Virus record (IMG/VR): IMGVR_UViG_3300027566_000015
Location: 1-39,463 of that record
Strand: one strand, 5' to 3'
Source: a virus
Taxonomy: Duplodnaviria; Caudoviricetes
Length of the DNA: 39,463 nt
In this document: positions 7,750-16,861 of the stretch, one piece after another
How the letters are laid out: every line of letters starts with the position of its first letter
How positions within the stretch are numbered: the first letter of the stretch is position 1
Made by a program: the position numbers and the translations under genes
The notes under the pieces: model-generated
Told to the model about the DNA's origin: nothing
What the model saw: the letters and a program-made list of their open reading frames with translations, nothing else
The model's database searches: none

Positions 7750-8251
7750 CTCCTTTTAATAAATGAATTATTTTTTTATTTTTTGAGCGAGCATATTTTA
7801 CACAATTTGCAGTTCCTCCTGGAGTACCATCCCAAACAGCGATAACAATTTTTGAATGATTAACCATCCATTCATTGCGTATTTGCATTTTATAAGCAGA
7901 ATAACCTGGAGAGCTTACATATTCTATTTTATCGAGTTGTTTAAGTAAATTGTTGTATTTGATTTGAGTTTCTTTATACCATTTTGTTTCTTGACCTAAG
8001 AATGGGATTGCTCCAACTATTTTAATATGGGGATATGATTTTTTTATGTCAATAAGAATTTCAACAGCCCACATATCAACACCCATTGCCATTCCACTAA
8101 TAAAGTTAATTATATTTTGTTTTTCTATGGCATAAATAATGGCTATTTTTAATTTTTCTTTAATATTGATTGCTATTGGATTATTTTCATTGTATCCTCC
8201 AAGTTTATTGGGACGATGACCAGTAAAACAAGCTGTATTTGACATAAACAT
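7742..8251 (-). CDS. SLOG superfamily protein (YspA/DUF1273-like)
   Basis: CFTGHRP, FISGMAMGVDMWA, MQIRNEWMV, IAVWDGTPGGTANCV. Confidence 0.88.
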   Translation of the reverse strand: MFMSNTACFTGHRPNKLGGYNENNPIAINIKEKLKIAIIYAIEKQNIINFISGMAMGVDMWAVEILIDIKKSYPHIKIVGAIPFLGQETKWYKETQIKYNNLLKQLDKIEYVSSPGYSAYKMQIRNEWMVNHSKIVIAVWDGTPGGTANCVKYARSKNKKIIHLLKGGE

Positions 8252-8253
8252 AA

Positions 8254-8355
8254 TTATTCATCTCCTTTTATAAATTTAATTATTTTGTAAATGGTATATA
8301 TGATAATAATAAAACACCAGTTAAAAAGAATATTTAAATCTTGACAACCATGCAT
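8254..8355 (-). CDS. 33-aa membrane peptide
   Basis: MHGCQDLNILFNWCFIIIIYTIYKIIKFIKGDE behind AAAGGAG; a shorter start than the ORF-track call. Confidence 0.55.
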   Translation of the reverse strand: MHGCQDLNILFNWCFIIIIYTIYKIIKFIKGDE

Positions 8356-8369
8356 GTTGTACTCCTTTC

Positions 8370-8480
8370 TTATAATGTTGCCATAATCATAAACGTTGCG
8401 AACTTGATACTGAGGGTTAAAACAGTAAGTACTGCGAAGAACAAACAAAACCAGAAAGCGGCTAAATCAATGTTAAGCAT
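8370..8480 (-). CDS. 36-aa membrane peptide
   Basis: MLNIDLAAFWFCLFFAVLTVLTLSIKFATFMIMATL* behind AAAGGAG; below the ORF-track cutoff. Confidence 0.55.
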   Translation of the reverse strand: MLNIDLAAFWFCLFFAVLTVLTLSIKFATFMIMATL

Positions 8481-8530
8481 GTTACTCTCCTTTCTAACAA
8501 TAATAAATCCTCCTTAAAAATTAATACTAG

Positions 8531-8568
8531 GGGAGTTTGAGGGGAGAAATCCCCTCATAGTTACTCCC
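8531..8568. other. GC-rich hairpin (terminator or processing site)
   Basis: gggagt-t-tgagggga-gaaa-tcccctca-...-actccc. Confidence 0.5.
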
Positions 8569-8592
8569 AATTACATATTTAGGAACAACGAG

Positions 8593-8787
8593 TTAAATAA
8601 TGATATCTTCACTATCCATATCAAATGGTTCACCTTGACACTTAAGATATAATGAGCATCCAATACAACAGTGGTCACAATATTCATCTTCGAGCATTTC
8701 ACCATCAAAGTCTTTGTGGTTGATACAGGACGTGTCTTTACACTTGCTACAACTCCCATCACAACTAAGCTCTTCTTCAAAAAACAT
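8593..8787 (-). CDS. Acidic Cys-rich small protein (possible metal or Fe-S binder); first leftward gene
   Basis: GAGGGGGA SD; CDGSCSKCKDTSC and CDHCCIGCSLYLKC clusters. Confidence 0.7.
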   Translation of the reverse strand: MFFEEELSCDGSCSKCKDTSCINHKDFDGEMLEDEYCDHCCIGCSLYLKCQGEPFDMDSEDIII

Positions 8788-8840
8788 AAATAAATCCCCC
8801 TCTTAATTCTTTTTGCTCTTGCTTAACTAATAGATAAAAA

Positions 8841-9033
8841 ACCTAATAGCCGCAAGGCTTTCTTACCGAAGGTCAAACACGCCAATACGCAGACTTGTCA
8901 AGGGCGACCCCAAAAACACTCCCTAGATAAAAAATTTTTTCAGTTCTCCCTATAAACACTCCCTACTGAAAAAAATTTTTATCCCCTTGACTAGTCGGAG
9001 TTGGTGTGTTATTGATTTATTTTCTCGTTAGGT
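8841..9033 (+). ncRNA. Candidate structured RNA or DNA element
   Basis: Outer ACCTAA/TTAGGT pair, AGCC-GCAA-GGCT GNRA hairpin, long stem 8876-8904 with 8984-9010, enclosing direct repeats aaacactcccta. Confidence 0.35.
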
Positions 9034-9056
9034 ATGCTACTCTTTCAGTATTTAAG

Positions 9057-9148
9057 ATAAGTGTTGAAGGGAGTACTGAGGGTATTTGCTTTATATTCTA
9101 ATTCAGTACTGAATATAAGTGCCAAGGAAAGTACTGAGGGTACTTGCT
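9057..9148. repeat. 34-nt imperfect direct repeat pair flanking palindrome TTCAGTACTGAA
   Basis: ataagtgttgaagggagtactgagggtatttgct (9057-9090) and ataagtgccaaggaaagtactgagggtacttgct (9115-9148). Confidence 0.75.
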
Positions 9149-9750
9149 CCACATCAAGAATAATATCTTTTCTTTTGATTTGAAGTAAAGAATAAGTTAT
9201 ATTTTAGCGTAAGCAAAGCGAAGCTTTTAAGTATATAATATAACTTAAAGAGAAAGTACAAAGAACACTTAAAGTACTTACAAAACACCTGCTGAAGGCA
9301 TTTATACTTGAGTGTCTGATGTGGAAGAAGGTGTTGATGCGTCTGCGTTAGGTGCTTGGTACTTGTTCGGTATGAGTTGGTACTTGTTCTGTTGGTGGGA
9401 ATTGGTTGCTTTTTCCAATACCCCCCACCCCACAACACCCTGTCACAACACCCTGCCTCGAGTACACAACACCTTCTACATTCAGTACAGTATTTAGTAC
9501 AGTACACCTTCTACACACCTGCTCTACGCTAACTGTTGAGTACAGTACACTTTCTACATTACAGTATTGATTAGTACTGAGCACAAAGGCATAAATAGGC
9601 ATGGCATCGAGTAGGTTCTGTGTGTGTACAGTAGGTGCTCTTTACACATCAGACAGGAGTTAGGACAATACACCCCCGAGGGGTCAAAACTGGGAGTCCC
9701 GTTTCCTCTCGTTCTCTCCGTTGCCCATGATACTTCTTCCCACATAACCA

Positions 9751-9940
9751 ATTGATGGGTGTATAGAGAATGTGTATAGACTAATTGAAGGGTGTGCTAA
9801 ACAACTAACTGAAGGGTGTATATACTAACTGAGAAGTGTACTGAATGACCAACTGAATGGTGTATTGAATGGTGTACCGAATGGTGTTCTGAAGGGTGAC
9901 GTCAAGGTGTACGTCACACCTTCGACACAAGTTCGACACA
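9751..9940. repeat. Degenerate (T/C)GAA(G/T)GGTGT repeat array plus hairpin
   Basis: About 8-9 variants of tgaagggtgt/tgaatggtgt; hairpin gaagggtgacgt..acgtcacaccttc (9891-9923); ttcgacacaa twice. Confidence 0.75.
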
Positions 9941-10135
9941 AATAAAAAAAAATATATTATATAAAATTTTTTCCTTAGTTGAGAAACATTTCACAAGCGG
10001 TTATCTTACAAAGTACTGAAATAAATACTTGAAGGTTCCGCTTCGCTACACCTTCTCAAATCAACAAAAAGGTATGTATTCCTCGGCACTTAGAATCAAT
10101 ACACCATTCAGTACTGAACTCAATACACCATATAT

Positions 10136-10239
10136 AAGGTACTGTAGAAGGCACTGTAAAAGGTACTGTAGAAGGTACTGTAAAAGGTACTGTAGAAGGT
10201 ACTGTAAAAGGTACTGTAGAAGGTACTACTGAAGGCACT
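10136..10239. repeat. 12-bp tandem repeat AAGGTACTGTA(G/A), about 8.7 copies
   Basis: Directly visible; the alternating G/A last base gives a 24-bp higher-order period. Confidence 0.95.
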
Positions 10240-10324
10240 TAGAATAAGTATACATAAGAGTATACATATAAGTTGTATAAACAATTCAGAATATAACTAT
10301 TTCTTAATGTACTAAAAATAATAC

Positions 10325-10353
10325 TTGACAAAACTTTACTAAACTTTTATAAT
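10325..10353 (+). promoter_or_regulatory. Perfect consensus sigma-A/sigma70 promoter
   Basis: TTGACA-17 nt-TATAAT. Confidence 0.88.
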
Positions 10354-10488
10354 TGACTTAAGGACTTCGTCCTATAAAATTTAACCTTTCTTAGTAGAGA
10401 CCCAAATATAGAGACAAGTAAATAGCAAGTAAAGAGTCAAGTACAGAAGTCCGAGTATAGGGGTTTAAGGCAAAGTATGTATAAATAT

Positions 10489-10557
10489 AAGTACCTCTGA
10501 TGTGGTTAATAAGGTGTATTTAACTTTATTTTCCTTACAGACTGAGGTACTTTTTTT
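10489..10557 (+). terminator. Terminator or attenuator-like structure before the first rightward gene
   Basis: AAGTACCTC...GAGGTACTT stem with an inner gttaata/tatttaac hairpin, ending in T7. Confidence 0.5.
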
Positions 10558-10590
10558 ATTAGTTAAAAGAGAATATAGAGAGGAGTATAA

Positions 10591-10923
10591 GTGAGTTATT
10601 TTATTGTAAATTGTTTTCTGAATATTCTAGTTTTAATTATTTTAGGTATTGTATTTAAAAGAATTTCCACACTTACTAAACAATTTTCTTTAACACCTGA
10701 AGAACTTTATCAACAAGTAAATATTTATAATGAAGAGTCAATACTTAGAGAGAAGCTTTTTGATGAGCGTATTTCTAAAATCAAGGATGAACTTGCAATG
10801 CAACAAACTGTATCACGTGCTTCATCAGGTGAAGCAAAGGAGTTACACCCTTTAGTAAAGAATTTACCTCATTCTTCTTATGATATGGCTCAATACTTTA
10901 GTGGAGAGGAGTATGCAAAATAG
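10591..10923 (+). CDS. Hypothetical protein with N-terminal transmembrane helix
   Basis: GAGGAG SD, GTG start, hydrophobic first ~22 aa. Confidence 0.75.
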   Translation: MSYFIVNCFLNILVLIILGIVFKRISTLTKQFSLTPEELYQQVNIYNEESILREKLFDERISKIKDELAMQQTVSRASSGEAKELHPLVKNLPHSSYDMAQYFSGEEYAK

Positions 10924-10934
10924 ATATATTATCA

Positions 10935-11168
10935 ATGTGTGGTTTTTATAATTGTGGTTATAAACCTGATAAGTTTATGATTAAGTTTATCGCCGATTTA
11001 CTTTATGCTAAAGGGTGTATAAACTCGGAAGAACTTGAAGCTATGTATGATATAGTTGATTTAAGAGATATGGACATTGTCACTGAAGATTTTCTAAGTG
11101 GTAAATACAATACTTATAAAAAGGGTGAGTCTTATTACAAACGAGAACGAATTGACGACACTGAATAG
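10935..11168 (+). CDS. Hypothetical protein
   Basis: 77-aa ORF in the operon; may start at in-frame ATA 10920. Confidence 0.7.
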   Translation: MCGFYNCGYKPDKFMIKFIADLLYAKGCINSEELEAMYDIVDLRDMDIVTEDFLSGKYNTYKKGESYYKRERIDDTE

Positions 11169-11589
11169 TAAAGAAATGGCACTTGTACAAGCTAATCCGA
11201 AGATGTTACGTTTTGTAAATCTGTACTTAACTGGGCAGTATAAACTTGCTGAGATTGCCGCTTTACTTGATGTAAACTCTAATACAATTAGTCGGTGGTT
11301 AAAAAGAGACGATGTACAAGAACTTATTTCTGATTTGCAAGAACTTAATCGGAACATTGTCACAACGCAAATCAGTGGTCTTACTCTAAAAGCAATTAAT
11401 AAACTTAATGAACTTATTGATTCACCTGTCGATACTGTAGCTATGCAAGCAGTAAAAGATGTACTTGATAGGGGTGGGCATAAGCCAAAACAAGAAGTAA
11501 AAATTGATAAAACTGTCACTACTATTGAACAAAAGTTAGCAGAACTTATTGATAATACCATTGATATTACATATGAGGAGATAGAATAA
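11098..11589 (+). CDS. terS: Probable terminase small subunit (HTH)
   Basis: KLAEIAALLDVNSNTISRWLK HTH, AMQAVKDVLDRGGHKP motif, position upstream of TerL; true start probably 11152 or 11176. Confidence 0.7.
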   Translation: MVNTILIKRVSLITNENELTTLNSKEMALVQANPKMLRFVNLYLTGQYKLAEIAALLDVNSNTISRWLKRDDVQELISDLQELNRNIVTTQISGLTLKAINKLNELIDSPVDTVAMQAVKDVLDRGGHKPKQEVKIDKTVTTIEQKLAELIDNTIDITYEEIE

Positions 11590-11798
11590 TGAAGGTTAAA
11601 ATTAACATAGATTTATGTTTAATTATTAATGATGTTCTTTTCAATACTACAATAGAAAAAAGTAGGTTAGCTATTGAAGAATATAAAAGTATGGTTAAAA
11701 GTCAAGTTCTTGAAGTAATTAAAGATGGACTTATTGGTGAGAGTGAAGAAGTGGAAGGTGTTACTTATACTTTAGATGTTGATGTGGAGGTAGAGTAA
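11589..11798 (+). CDS. Hypothetical acidic protein
   Basis: TAATG coupling to terS; GAGGAG SD. Confidence 0.7.
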   Translation: MKVKINIDLCLIINDVLFNTTIEKSRLAIEEYKSMVKSQVLEVIKDGLIGESEEVEGVTYTLDVDVEVE

Positions 11799-11799
11799 T

Positions 11800-11991
11800 A
11801 TATTTAAAATAGAAAGTAAAGTTCATTGTTTTAGTTATATAGATTCTTCTAAAATAGAAGAAAATATTAATATTAAAGAACTTGAAAAGTATTTAAAAGA
11901 AGAACTTTATGATTTTTTTGCAAACGAATATAATTTAGATGTTGATGATTTTAAACTTTTAGTTGAAGTTAATATCGAGGAGGTAGAGTAA
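11800..11991 (+). CDS. Unannotated 63-aa ORF resembling 11589..11798, no canonical start
   Basis: Open frame IFKIESKVHCFSYID...LLVEVNIEEVE*; GGAGG 9 nt before ATA; same ...EVE* ending as the upstream gene. Confidence 0.55.
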   Translation: MFKIESKVHCFSYIDSSKIEENINIKELEKYLKEELYDFFANEYNLDVDDFKLLVEVNIEEVE

Positions 11992-11993
11992 AA

Positions 11994-12113
11994 ATTTTAG
12001 ATGAATCTATATGGTGTGATTGTTGTGATGAAATAGAAAAATGGGAATGTATGAATTGTCTAATTTGTTTTTGTTTTGGATTTTGTAATGGAGGTAGAAT
12101 AAATGGCATTTAG
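11994..12113 (+). CDS. Unannotated 39-aa Cys-rich ORF, no SD-positioned canonical start
   Basis: ILDESIWCDCCDEIEKWECMNCLICFCFGFCNGGRINGI*; GGAGG 10 nt before ATT; fills the gap in the operon. Confidence 0.4.
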   Translation: MLDESIWCDCCDEIEKWECMNCLICFCFGFCNGGRINGI

Positions 12114-12303
12114 CGTTATTAATAAAGATAATGGAGTATTAACTTTTCAAGATTTAGAAATGGATTTTGTAATTAAGTTTGATGGGGAATATTTTTGGTT
12201 TGAAAATGATGGTGATTTTAGTAGTGAGATTGGTATTTCACTTGATGAATTAGAAAGTGCTATGGATTTTTATGATATTTTACTTGAAATGGAGGAAATT
12301 TAA
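12103..12303 (+). CDS. Hypothetical acidic protein
   Basis: GGAGGT SD with ATG start. Confidence 0.75.
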   Translation: MAFSVINKDNGVLTFQDLEMDFVIKFDGEYFWFENDGDFSSEIGISLDELESAMDFYDILLEMEEI

Positions 12304-14052
12304 CTGAATAAAGAGGAACTTTTCTATTACAAGCTTAAAAATGATAAAACTTGGTATATAGAGAGTTTCTTGAAGATTAGAGATAAAAAATCACAGTTAA
12401 TCCCGTTTAAACTTAATAAAGCACAAAAAATAGTGCTTGATAAAATAAGGGAATGTGAAGAAAAAAACAAATTAAAACGTTTCATTGTTCTAAAAGCTCG
12501 GCAAATGGGGTTATCTACTCTGTTTGAAGGGCTTATTTTTCATGATACGAGTACTAATTCTTTCAAGAACTCTATGATTATTGCTCATGAAGATAAAGCA
12601 ACTCAGAACTTATTTGCTATGAGTAAGCTGTACTTGGATGAAATACCTGAAGTAATACGGCCAATGATTAAATATTCCAATGAAAAGGCATTGGTATTTG
12701 AAAATCCAAGTAATGAAATCGCCGAGAAAAACAAGAATCCAGGACTCCGCAGTAAAATTACTGTATCTACAGCAGGTGCAACTAAAAATGACGCTGTTGG
12801 TCGCAGTAGTACTGTTCATAACTTACATGCATCAGAAGTAGCTTTTTTTCCTGATGCGAGACTAACTATGTTAGGACTTTTACAATGTGTTCCAGATGAA
12901 ATGAATACACTTGTAGTACTTGAAAGTACAGCAAATGGGGTAGGAGATTGGTTTCATGGTATGTGGCAAAAGGCTACTAGGGGTGAAAATGAATTTATAC
13001 CTGTTTTTCTACCTTGGTTTATAGACCCTACCTATATAAAACCCTTTTCTTCTGATGTGGAAAAAACTCAATTTATTGATGAAGTAAATACTATTGGAAA
13101 AGATAGTAAAGGTAACCCTATACGTACTTATGAGTATGATTTAATGGTTAAAAATGACCTTACTTATGAGCAATTAAATTGGCGTAGATGGACTATTGCT
13201 AATAAGTGTCAAGGTGATGAATTTCTTTTTATGCAAGAGTATCCATCAACTGCTGATGAAGCTTTTATTTCTTCTGGTAGACCTAAGTTTTTAATTAACG
13301 CTTTAAAAAAATATCAATCTTATATTCAAAAACCAAAACGTGGTTATCTTTTTGAACGAGATAATAAAGTTTCTTTTGTAGATGATGACAATGGCTATAT
13401 CTCTATTTGGAAACAACCAGAAGTAGATAAATATTATTGTATTGGCGCTGATGTTGCTGAGGGGTTAGTGCATGGTGATTACTCTTGTGCAATGGTTGGC
13501 GATAGTGATACTTTTGATATTGTTGCTCAGTGGCATGGTCATATTGACCCTGACCTTTTTGGAGTTGAACTTGATAAATTAGGTAAATATTATAATGGTG
13601 CTTATGTTGGTGTAGAAAATAATAATCATGGTCTTACTACTTTATCAGTACTTAAAAGACTTGAATATTGGAATTTATTTTTTACTAAAACTTATGACCG
13701 TATGGCAGAAGTTATGACTCAAAAAATTGGTTGGAATACTAATGTTCGTACTAAACCTTTTATGATTGATAAATTAGCTGAATTTGTACGTGAAATGTAT
13801 TTAGGTATATATTCAGAAACTTTAATTTCAGAAATGTTTTCTTATATAATAGTAGATGATGGTAAAACTGAAGCTCAATCTGGTTGTTTTGATGATTGTG
13901 TAATGGCAACTGCTATTATGTTACAATTACTTTTAGAAGGAAAAGGAGAATCTTATATTCCAGAAGTGCCGATTGACCAAAGAGAAAAATATCGAAAAGA
14001 TATAATAGACCCTCTATTTGAGAAAGAAATTAAAGAAGAATTTAGTTATTAA
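12304..14052 (+). CDS. terL: Terminase large subunit
   Basis: LNKAQ adenine-binding motif, LKARQMGLST Walker A, LHASEVAF Walker B, LESTANG, IGADVA and FDDCVMA nuclease motifs. Start proposed at CTG 12304 (ORF track 12370). Confidence 0.95.
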   Translation: MNKEELFYYKLKNDKTWYIESFLKIRDKKSQLIPFKLNKAQKIVLDKIRECEEKNKLKRFIVLKARQMGLSTLFEGLIFHDTSTNSFKNSMIIAHEDKATQNLFAMSKLYLDEIPEVIRPMIKYSNEKALVFENPSNEIAEKNKNPGLRSKITVSTAGATKNDAVGRSSTVHNLHASEVAFFPDARLTMLGLLQCVPDEMNTLVVLESTANGVGDWFHGMWQKATRGENEFIPVFLPWFIDPTYIKPFSSDVEKTQFIDEVNTIGKDSKGNPIRTYEYDLMVKNDLTYEQLNWRRWTIANKCQGDEFLFMQEYPSTADEAFISSGRPKFLINALKKYQSYIQKPKRGYLFERDNKVSFVDDDNGYISIWKQPEVDKYYCIGADVAEGLVHGDYSCAMVGDSDTFDIVAQWHGHIDPDLFGVELDKLGKYYNGAYVGVENNNHGLTTLSVLKRLEYWNLFFTKTYDRMAEVMTQKIGWNTNVRTKPFMIDKLAEFVREMYLGIYSETLISEMFSYIIVDDGKTEAQSGCFDDCVMATAIMLQLLLEGKGESYIPEVPIDQREKYRKDIIDPLFEKEIKEEFSY

Positions 14053-14063
14053 GGGGTGGTGTA

Positions 14064-16040
14064 GTGCTTGAAGGTCGTTATGAAGAACAACAATTAGCTA
14101 GTGAATGGAATTTTAAATGGAAAGATGCAATGGTTGCAAAAGCTCCATACACTAAGAGGTGGAATACTTATCTTGATGCGTATAATGGTGATTATTTTAA
14201 GAATTCAAATTTACCAGATTATCGTTCGAATCAAGTAAGTAATTATATTTTTGCTTTAGTAGAAACAATTAGGCCAATTATGCTTGATAATAATCCTAAG
14301 TATGAAGCAATACCTAGACAACCTGATGGTCGTGCTTCTAGTGCAGATTTAACTGAAGCATTTTCTTATGAATGGGATAGAGAAGATTTAAGACCTAAAG
14401 TTGCTCGGGAGTTAATTAATACCTTAGTACTTGGTACTTGTGTATTTTATATTCCTTATGATTCTCAAAGCAAACAGATAAAAGGTATTCCAGTATCTCC
14501 GTTTAATGTTTTTCCTGACCCACTTGCTACTAGTATTGAGGATGCTGAATATATTATTTATGCTGATTATTTTAATGAATCTGTACTTAAAAGAAAGTAT
14601 CCTGAGAAAGCACATTTAGTTAAAGGTGGTTCTGTAAACTATACTGAACTTGTTTATAACAATAGTAATAACTCTAGGGTTGATAATCAAGTACTTATTC
14701 TTGAAGTGTTTACACGTGCTTATGAATATGATGAAGAAGTTATAGGTGAAGTTAGAAAAGTTAAACCAAGATATCCTAATGGAAGACATCTTATTGTTGC
14801 TCCGATGTTAGGAATTGTATTTGAAGATAAATCAATTGTTTATGAAGATGGTGAGTTTCCTTTTGAGCTTTGTAAAGATTATGATTTACCTGGTAAGTTT
14901 TGGGGAGAAGGTGAAGTAGCTCAGCTTTTATCTCCACAAGTTTATATGAATGAAATGAATAATGCAATTATTGACCACGCTAAAACTACTGCTAATAGTC
15001 CTTGGATTATTGATAAGAATTCTGGTATTCCACAAGGTAAAATTACTAATCGTCAAGGTTTAATTATTCGTAAGAATCCTGGTTCAGAAGTAAAAAGAGA
15101 AAACCCACCTAGTATGCCTAATTATGTAGTTCAACAACCTGATGTATTTAAAAATGATATGCGTGAAATCAGTGGTATGTTTAATTCTCTACGTGGTCAA
15201 AGTGATACTGGTGTTTATACTGCTCAAGGAATACTTGCACTACAAGAAGCTGGTCAAGTAAGAATTAGGCTTAAAGTACAAGGACTTGAAACATTCTTAG
15301 GAAAAATGGCACGTAAGTGGTTTTCTCGTATGCGTCAGTTTTGGAAAGAAGATAAGTGGATTGCTATTACTAAATCTGATGGTTCTTATGATTTTAAATT
15401 ATTTAAAAAAGATGTATTGTCATATGAGTTTGATTTAAAAATTACTGCTGGTTCAACTATGCCCAATAATCGTTCTGCTATGCTTGACCTTATGATTCGA
15501 CTTGCTCAAACTCCAATGCCTGATGGTCAACCACTCGTAGATAGAGAAGCAGTTGCATATTTTTTACCTCAAGAAATTCAAAGTGCTATGCTTCAACGTA
15601 TGCAAGGACAAAATTTACAAGTTACACAACAAATGCAACAGTTACAACAAATGATTGAACAAATGGGTCAACAAATGCAACAGTTTATGCAACAAGACCA
15701 AAAAGATGATGAACAAACTATGAGTGCTATTGAGCAACTTGTATCTGGACTTGAGAAGGTAAATCAAGAAATTTTACAACTACAAGGTAAGCATGATAAG
15801 ATTGAACAAGAAAAGAAAATGATGGAAAAAGAAGAGAAAATTAAAACTGATTCATATAATACTGGCTATACTGATGCAGAAAAATTATATCAAAATCCTG
15901 AAGAAGATATTGCAGAAGAAGAAGATGTTGATGATGGATTACCTGATGAAATTTTATCTGGTATAGAAGGTTTATCTGATGATGAATTAGCACTTTTAGT
16001 TCAAAAAAATCCAGAGTTAATAGAACTTATGAATAAATAA
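14064..16040 (+). CDS. Portal protein (P22/podovirus-like, with C-terminal coiled-coil extension)
   Basis: Follows TerL; VSPFNVFPDP, FPF..C, FWGEGEVAQL, EISG..NSLRG, Q/M-rich coiled tail. Confidence 0.88.
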   Translation: MLEGRYEEQQLASEWNFKWKDAMVAKAPYTKRWNTYLDAYNGDYFKNSNLPDYRSNQVSNYIFALVETIRPIMLDNNPKYEAIPRQPDGRASSADLTEAFSYEWDREDLRPKVARELINTLVLGTCVFYIPYDSQSKQIKGIPVSPFNVFPDPLATSIEDAEYIIYADYFNESVLKRKYPEKAHLVKGGSVNYTELVYNNSNNSRVDNQVLILEVFTRAYEYDEEVIGEVRKVKPRYPNGRHLIVAPMLGIVFEDKSIVYEDGEFPFELCKDYDLPGKFWGEGEVAQLLSPQVYMNEMNNAIIDHAKTTANSPWIIDKNSGIPQGKITNRQGLIIRKNPGSEVKRENPPSMPNYVVQQPDVFKNDMREISGMFNSLRGQSDTGVYTAQGILALQEAGQVRIRLKVQGLETFLGKMARKWFSRMRQFWKEDKWIAITKSDGSYDFKLFKKDVLSYEFDLKITAGSTMPNNRSAMLDLMIRLAQTPMPDGQPLVDREAVAYFLPQEIQSAMLQRMQGQNLQVTQQMQQLQQMIEQMGQQMQQFMQQDQKDDEQTMSAIEQLVSGLEKVNQEILQLQGKHDKIEQEKKMMEKEEKIKTDSYNTGYTDAEKLYQNPEEDIAEEEDVDDGLPDEILSGIEGLSDDELALLVQKNPELIELMNK

Positions 16041-16087
16041 TTTTAATTTTGGAACACCCTGAGAAGGATTCCATAGGAGGTTTTATA

Positions 16088-16861
16088 TTGAATATTGATG
16101 AGTATCGTGCTTGGAAGGCCGAGCAAAAAGCTGATGAAAAGGATTCTACTAAAGTAGAACAACCTGTCGTGCTTGAAGAAAAAAAAGAGGAAATTAAAGT
16201 AGAAGAAAAAAAAGAGGAAGTTAAAATACCTGAAAAAATTAAAATAGGTGAAGAAGAATTTACTATTGATGAGTTACAAAAAGGTTATTTACGTCATAGG
16301 GATTATACTAAAAAAACTCAAGAATTATCTCAAAAATCAAAAGAAGCAGAAGAAGCATTGCAATTTTATAATGTTGTAAGAAGTAATCCTGCATTACTTA
16401 ATGAGATAGGTACTAAAATTCCTGTACCAAAGAATGCTGACCCTGCTGTTCGTAAGATTATGGAGTTGGAACAAAAAGTTTATGATATGCAGTTAGACGC
16501 AGAGATTATGCGTTTAGAAAGAAAGTACTCTGATTTTGATGAAAAAGAAGTTGTACGATTTGCATCTGAACGTGGAATTGTTGATTTAGAAGTTGCTTAT
16601 AAAGCTATTAACGCTGATAAAAGGAAGGAAGAAAAAGTAGATATTAATGCTTTAAAAGAACAGATTAAACGTGATTTGATTAAAGAAATTGAAGATGAAA
16701 GAAAAGCAACTGGTACTTTAATCTCTACTAAAACTTCTCAGAAACAAATAGCTGATAGGGAAATTAAAATTAGTAAAGCAGAGGAATCTGTTGCACTTAA
16801 AATGTTTAAAAGTGCTAAGAATCCAATTGCTGAATATGCAAAATGGAGGGATATGAAATAA
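16088..16861 (+). CDS. Capsid scaffolding protein
   Basis: ELQKGYLRHRDYTKKTQELS motif, highly charged, between portal and capsid; TTG start after AGGAGG. Confidence 0.82.
   Translation: MNIDEYRAWKAEQKADEKDSTKVEQPVVLEEKKEEIKVEEKKEEVKIPEKIKIGEEEFTIDELQKGYLRHRDYTKKTQELSQKSKEAEEALQFYNVVRSNPALLNEIGTKIPVPKNADPAVRKIMELEQKVYDMQLDAEIMRLERKYSDFDEKEVVRFASERGIVDLEVAYKAINADKRKEEKVDINALKEQIKRDLIKEIEDERKATGTLISTKTSQKQIADREIKISKAEESVALKMFKSAKNPIAEYAKWRDMK

Noticed and set aside
9154-10238. ORFs in the control region (9154..9507, 9312..9497, 9348..9602, 9554..9751, 10029..10232, 10056..10238)
   Set aside because: No SD sites, mutually overlapping, and the peptides (RYCKRYC, VPSTVPFT) merely mirror DNA repeats.
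10136-10239. Possible CRISPR or mini-array
   Set aside because: 12-bp units are directly adjacent with no unique spacers, and no cas genes are present.
12304-14052. Intron or intein in terL (also checked the visible part of nrdJ)
   Set aside because: Frames are continuous, lengths are ordinary, and no homing-endonuclease or intein motifs are seen.
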